This document shows, piece by piece, positions 60,772 to 64,000 of a DNA stretch of 64,000 bases (its first letter is position 1; each line of letters opens with the position of its first letter). The stretch is from Spirochaetia bacterium (lineage in GTDB: Bacteria > Spirochaetota > Spirochaetia > UBA9216): positions 864,001-928,000 of the forward strand of contig OZ223269.1 of assembly GCA_965140585.1 (NCBI GenBank), written 5' to 3'. The notes under the pieces are model-generated. The model was not told the origin of the DNA. It saw only the letters and a program-made list of their open reading frames with translations, and did not search any database. The position numbers were made by a program, and so were the translations under genes.

Positions 60772-62109
60772 ATGAGAATTATGGAATTCTATGAAAATGA
60801 AATGAAAACACTATCTGATTTCGAAATAGTAGAAGAAAGAAATAATTATTACCAATGCTTTTATAAGTCTCACAATGACGATAAAAAAGTTAATATATTG
60901 AGCATCGATATTAATGACAATTGCTTCATATTCTACCCTAAGAATACAATTCCCAGTAGTAGTAACTATTTAAAGCAGAAATACGATAAAATTTATACAA
61001 TAGTTCTGTATTCAGATTTCACATCTTGGAAAAACATAAATATTGAGACACTTCTCCAAAAACTAGAAGAGCTACCACGAGGATTCATAAAAGACTATTC
61101 ATATGGGTTTGGTCTACTAAAGGATTATCGCTTTGTTATTCATGAAATAGAATCTCAGTTAGATGTGAAATGTATCATCTTTACGGATAATAAAACTGAA
61201 TATAATGAGAATGCTTTTATATTCAATTTGGATGATTTTGATACGATAAGAAGAATGATTGATCGAATAAATGATAAACATCAGGAAAATAGTAGAAATG
61301 AAAAGCAGATATCCACTTACAATGCATTATTCCCTAATCTACCACCCAAAAAAGAAGAATATAAAGAAGATGTGATCTATAAATTTTTAAGAAATAAGAA
61401 ATCTCCCGAAGGTATATCAATAAAAGATCAACAAGTATTACTAGATTATTTAGTTATAAGCGCTGAAGATATTATTAAAAACAAGCCTCAAGCTCTATCT
61501 GAACTTAAAGAAGAAATAGATGCATATGGAATTATTTATTTCAAAGAATTATTTGAGAAACTGTATAATGAAAATGCAAAAGAAAATAGATGGCAAGCTT
61601 TACTTAATGAGCATTCATATATCTTCACTTTGATTGTTGGATCTCCTGTAATAAATCTATATGAACAAGTTCCGGTAGGTGGTAGAGATTTAGAAGGGAA
61701 AAATACAAGTATTGTAGATTTCTTAAATAAGAATCCTTTTACAAATAATTTATCTATAATAGAAATAAAGACACCAAAGAAGAAATTATTAAACAAAACA
61801 GAATATAGGCACTCTGTTTATTCTCCTTCAAATGAATTAGCTGGATCAATAAACCAACTCTTAGATCAAAAGAATAAGCTACAAAAGGAAATAACTACGT
61901 TAAAAGTTAATTCTGGGGTCTATGACATTGAAACATATCATATTGAATGCTTATTAATAATTGGACTGACACCAGAATCTGATGCAGAAAAGAAATCATT
62001 TGAATTATTTAGACATGCGATTAAAGATATAAAAATAATAACATTTGATGAATTACTGGATATAATAAAGAATATAGTATTGATTATTGAAAATGCAAAG
62101 AGAGAATAA
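60772..62109 (+). CDS. sduA: Cassette 6: Shedu anti-phage nuclease (DUF4263, PD-(D/E)xK)
   Basis: E..WQ..L, VDFL, IIEIKTP, EL.GSINQ, LIIG, IITFDELL; start moved to 60772 because the ORF-track start lies inside attC5. Confidence 0.88.
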   Translation: MRIMEFYENEMKTLSDFEIVEERNNYYQCFYKSHNDDKKVNILSIDINDNCFIFYPKNTIPSSSNYLKQKYDKIYTIVLYSDFTSWKNINIETLLQKLEELPRGFIKDYSYGFGLLKDYRFVIHEIESQLDVKCIIFTDNKTEYNENAFIFNLDDFDTIRRMIDRINDKHQENSRNEKQISTYNALFPNLPPKKEEYKEDVIYKFLRNKKSPEGISIKDQQVLLDYLVISAEDIIKNKPQALSELKEEIDAYGIIYFKELFEKLYNENAKENRWQALLNEHSYIFTLIVGSPVINLYEQVPVGGRDLEGKNTSIVDFLNKNPFTNNLSIIEIKTPKKKLLNKTEYRHSVYSPSNELAGSINQLLDQKNKLQKEITTLKVNSGVYDIETYHIECLLIIGLTPESDAEKKSFELFRHAIKDIKIITFDELLDIIKNIVLIIENAKRE

Positions 62110-62114
62110 AATCC

Positions 62115-62220
62115 ATGTAACAAGCGCATGCAACTGACAATTTTTTTGTCACCCTTTTTGAATGCTCAAAAAGGTCGCCAACCCTTCGGGACAAAATTGC
62201 AGCTGATGCGGGCGTTATGT
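62115..62220 (+). repeat. attC site 6 (short, different sequence family)
   Basis: R'' ATGTAAC; CGCATGCAACTGACAATTTT / AAAATTGCAGCTGATGCG arms; R' GTTATGT; 106 bp. Confidence 0.9.
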
Positions 62221-62275
62221 ACACAAAATTTGGGTTTTAAAAGCCTTTATAAACTGAATTAAAGAGAGGGTTATA

Positions 62276-63385
62276 ATGAGTAAAAGTAAAGATGTCTTTT
62301 TTCTTGGTGCGGGTTTTTCTAAGGGGGTTGGTGCGCCATTACAAGCTGAGATTCTATATAAAATTCTAAATCTAAATACAGCTAATATACAATATGAAAA
62401 AAGGCCAATATTTGTTGAGAATGTCGATAGAATAAGAAAACTTTTAACTGAGATTATGTATTTAGATATAACTGATAAAGAATTATTAATTGATTTGGAA
62501 GATGTATTTACTCCTCTTGATGCATGCATTAGTAATAACTATTCATTCAGAAATCTTTCAATAAATGATGTGATTGAATATAGGAAATCCTTAGATGTTA
62601 TACTTTCTATGTTTATGGAATATGAATTGGAATATTTAGATATTAGAAGTTCATACATACAGAAGATAGCAGACTACGTAGTTGAACAAAAAGTTGTTAG
62701 ACCTAAGAGTGATAAAGTATCTTTTATTACAACAAACTGGGATATAATATTGGATAATGCAATTTATAGGTCAATTAATAAGCAAAATTTAAAAAATGGA
62801 GTAATAGATTATTGTTGCCATACTACTCAATATGATACAGAAGATAAAATAATGCCGTCTCTGTTAGCGAAAGGAAAAGGATATTATAATGTTAAAATCT
62901 TGAAATTACATGGATCTTTAAATTGGTTGTTTTGTCCTAGATGTAATAGGTTATATACGAAGTTTTATAAAAAAATTTCAACTCATGAGTTTATAAAACG
63001 ACCAGTGTGTAGAATATGTGATAAAAATTTTAGAAATACAAATAGCAATGATCAAGGCCCTATGCTTACGGGGCAATTATTGATGCCAACATATATGAAA
63101 GATTTATCAAATGTGCAATTCAAAATGATATGGCAAAAAGCAAATATTGAATTGTCAGAAGCAAAAAAGATTATTTTTATTGGCTATTCATTTCCTATGG
63201 CCGATTTTGAAATTAGACAATTATTATCTAGAAATGTTCCTCATGATACTGAAATAGAAGTAGTATTAAAGGGCAATAATAAAGAAATTGAAAGAAGATA
63301 TCGAAGTTTTTTTGGAAGGCGAAATATTAATTTTAATATAGAAGGTGCTGAAAAATACATTGAAGAATATATTGAAAGTAATTGA
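62276..63385 (+). CDS. Cassette 7: SIR2-like (SIR2_2-type) protein with zinc-binding insert
   Basis: FFLGAGFS, ITTNWD, KLHGSLNW, CPRC...CRIC, FIGYSF...D. Confidence 0.88.
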   Translation: MSKSKDVFFLGAGFSKGVGAPLQAEILYKILNLNTANIQYEKRPIFVENVDRIRKLLTEIMYLDITDKELLIDLEDVFTPLDACISNNYSFRNLSINDVIEYRKSLDVILSMFMEYELEYLDIRSSYIQKIADYVVEQKVVRPKSDKVSFITTNWDIILDNAIYRSINKQNLKNGVIDYCCHTTQYDTEDKIMPSLLAKGKGYYNVKILKLHGSLNWLFCPRCNRLYTKFYKKISTHEFIKRPVCRICDKNFRNTNSNDQGPMLTGQLLMPTYMKDLSNVQFKMIWQKANIELSEAKKIIFIGYSFPMADFEIRQLLSRNVPHDTEIEVVLKGNNKEIERRYRSFFGRRNINFNIEGAEKYIEEYIESN

Positions 63386-63392
63386 GATCGGT

Positions 63393-63531
63393 ACATAACA
63401 TGAGATTTGGAGTAGTCAAAATTTATTGTCACGATTCTGGCTAAAGACGTTCGGGCAATGGCCCTCACTCCAGAATCGCGCCAATTCGGCGAAGACGCCG
63501 AACAATTTTGCTACTCAAATCGTCGTTATGC
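63393..63531 (+). repeat. attC site 7
   Basis: ACATAAC...GTTATGC; near-identical to attC1; 139 bp. Confidence 0.93.
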
Positions 63532-63597
63532 CGACGCAAGAAAAATCAAATAATCTTATTGACAAAATATGCTAAATAATTAACTATTTACTTAGTT

Positions 63598-64000
63598 ATG
63601 AGTACGAGAAATAGAGATATTACCAGAGCTAAAATATTAGAGGTCGCTTTAGAAAAATTCTCTGAAAAGGGGTTTAGCGCAGCTACAGTCAAATCAATCG
63701 CTGAGGATGCCCAAGTTAATCAGGCGTTAATCTATTATTATTTTGATAGCAAAAAGAAAATTTTAGAGGAATTAATAGATGATTTTATAGAAACCGCTAA
63801 TAGTTTTTTATATGAAATATTTATAAATGGATATCAATTTGGATCTTCCGAAATGAAAGAACAAATGGAAAAGTACAATGACTTTTTATTAAAGAATGAT
63901 AAAACATTACGGCTTATTTTTACAGAATCATTGAAAGACGAATATGAAATACCTCCCATTTTTAAGCTAATATTATCTGCAAATGAAAGTAACCAGAAGT
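63598..64000 (+). CDS. Cassette 8: TetR/AcrR family transcriptional regulator (3' end outside window)
   Basis: Manual translation MSTRNRDITRAKILEVALEKFSEKGFSAATVKSIAEDAQVNQALIYYYFDSK fits the TetR HTH consensus; absent from the ORF track because it has no stop in the window. Confidence 0.92.
   Translation, partial: MSTRNRDITRAKILEVALEKFSEKGFSAATVKSIAEDAQVNQALIYYYFDSKKKILEELIDDFIETANSFLYEIFINGYQFGSSEMKEQMEKYNDFLLKNDKTLRLIFTESLKDEYEIPPIFKLILSANESNQK

Larger units (their letters stand above)
52643..64000. mobile_element. Chromosomal integron: intI, attI and a cassette array continuing beyond the window
   Basis: Integron integrase divergent from an array of plus-strand ORFs, each cassette followed by an attC site; abrupt shift to very AT-rich sequence; no transposase seen. 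Confidence 0.95.

Noticed and set aside
55945-63531. Repeated ~138-bp elements as CRISPR, REP or MITE
   Set aside because: They are separated by whole genes, have AAC/GTT core ends and extrahelical-base arms, and lie next to intI, so they are attC sites. No cas genes or short unique spacers.
1-64000. tRNA, rRNA, IS elements or prophage genes
   Set aside because: None recognised; core intergenic regions are short and no transposase or phage structural ORFs were seen.

Overview
AT-rich bacterial chromosome segment, almost certainly from a Spirochaetaceae-type spirochaete (cfpA, TP0733-, TP0750- and TP0751-like genes). 1-52613 is core genome: PPIase-nusB-TPR-map-htrA-PRTase and a large surface protein, a split purH, LCP-miaB, the vWA-nrnA-pallilysin-like / cfpA-hypothetical-'ppdK' locus, purB-guaB-purA-guaA, mntP, hslO, a DUF134/MinD-4Fe4S/NifX operon, an iron alcohol dehydrogenase and a complete A/V-type ATPase operon. 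52643-64000 is a chromosomal integron: intI on the minus strand, attI near 54124, seven attC sites and at least eight cassettes (GmrSD-like DUF262/DUF1524, YefM-YoeB, secreted hypothetical, membrane protein, class III nucleotidyl-cyclase-like, Shedu, SIR2-like, TetR running off the window). The two best leads are: (1) the 'PPDK' beside cfpA has lost its ATP/Pi-site residues but keeps its phospho-His and PEP site, and the gene before it ends in an HPr-like domain with the conserved His, suggesting a PEP-driven phosphorelay next to the cytoplasmic filament gene; (2) two unrelated integron cassettes share a homologous ~130-bp palindrome-plus-promoter leader. All family calls come from motif recognition by eye; no database searches were run.
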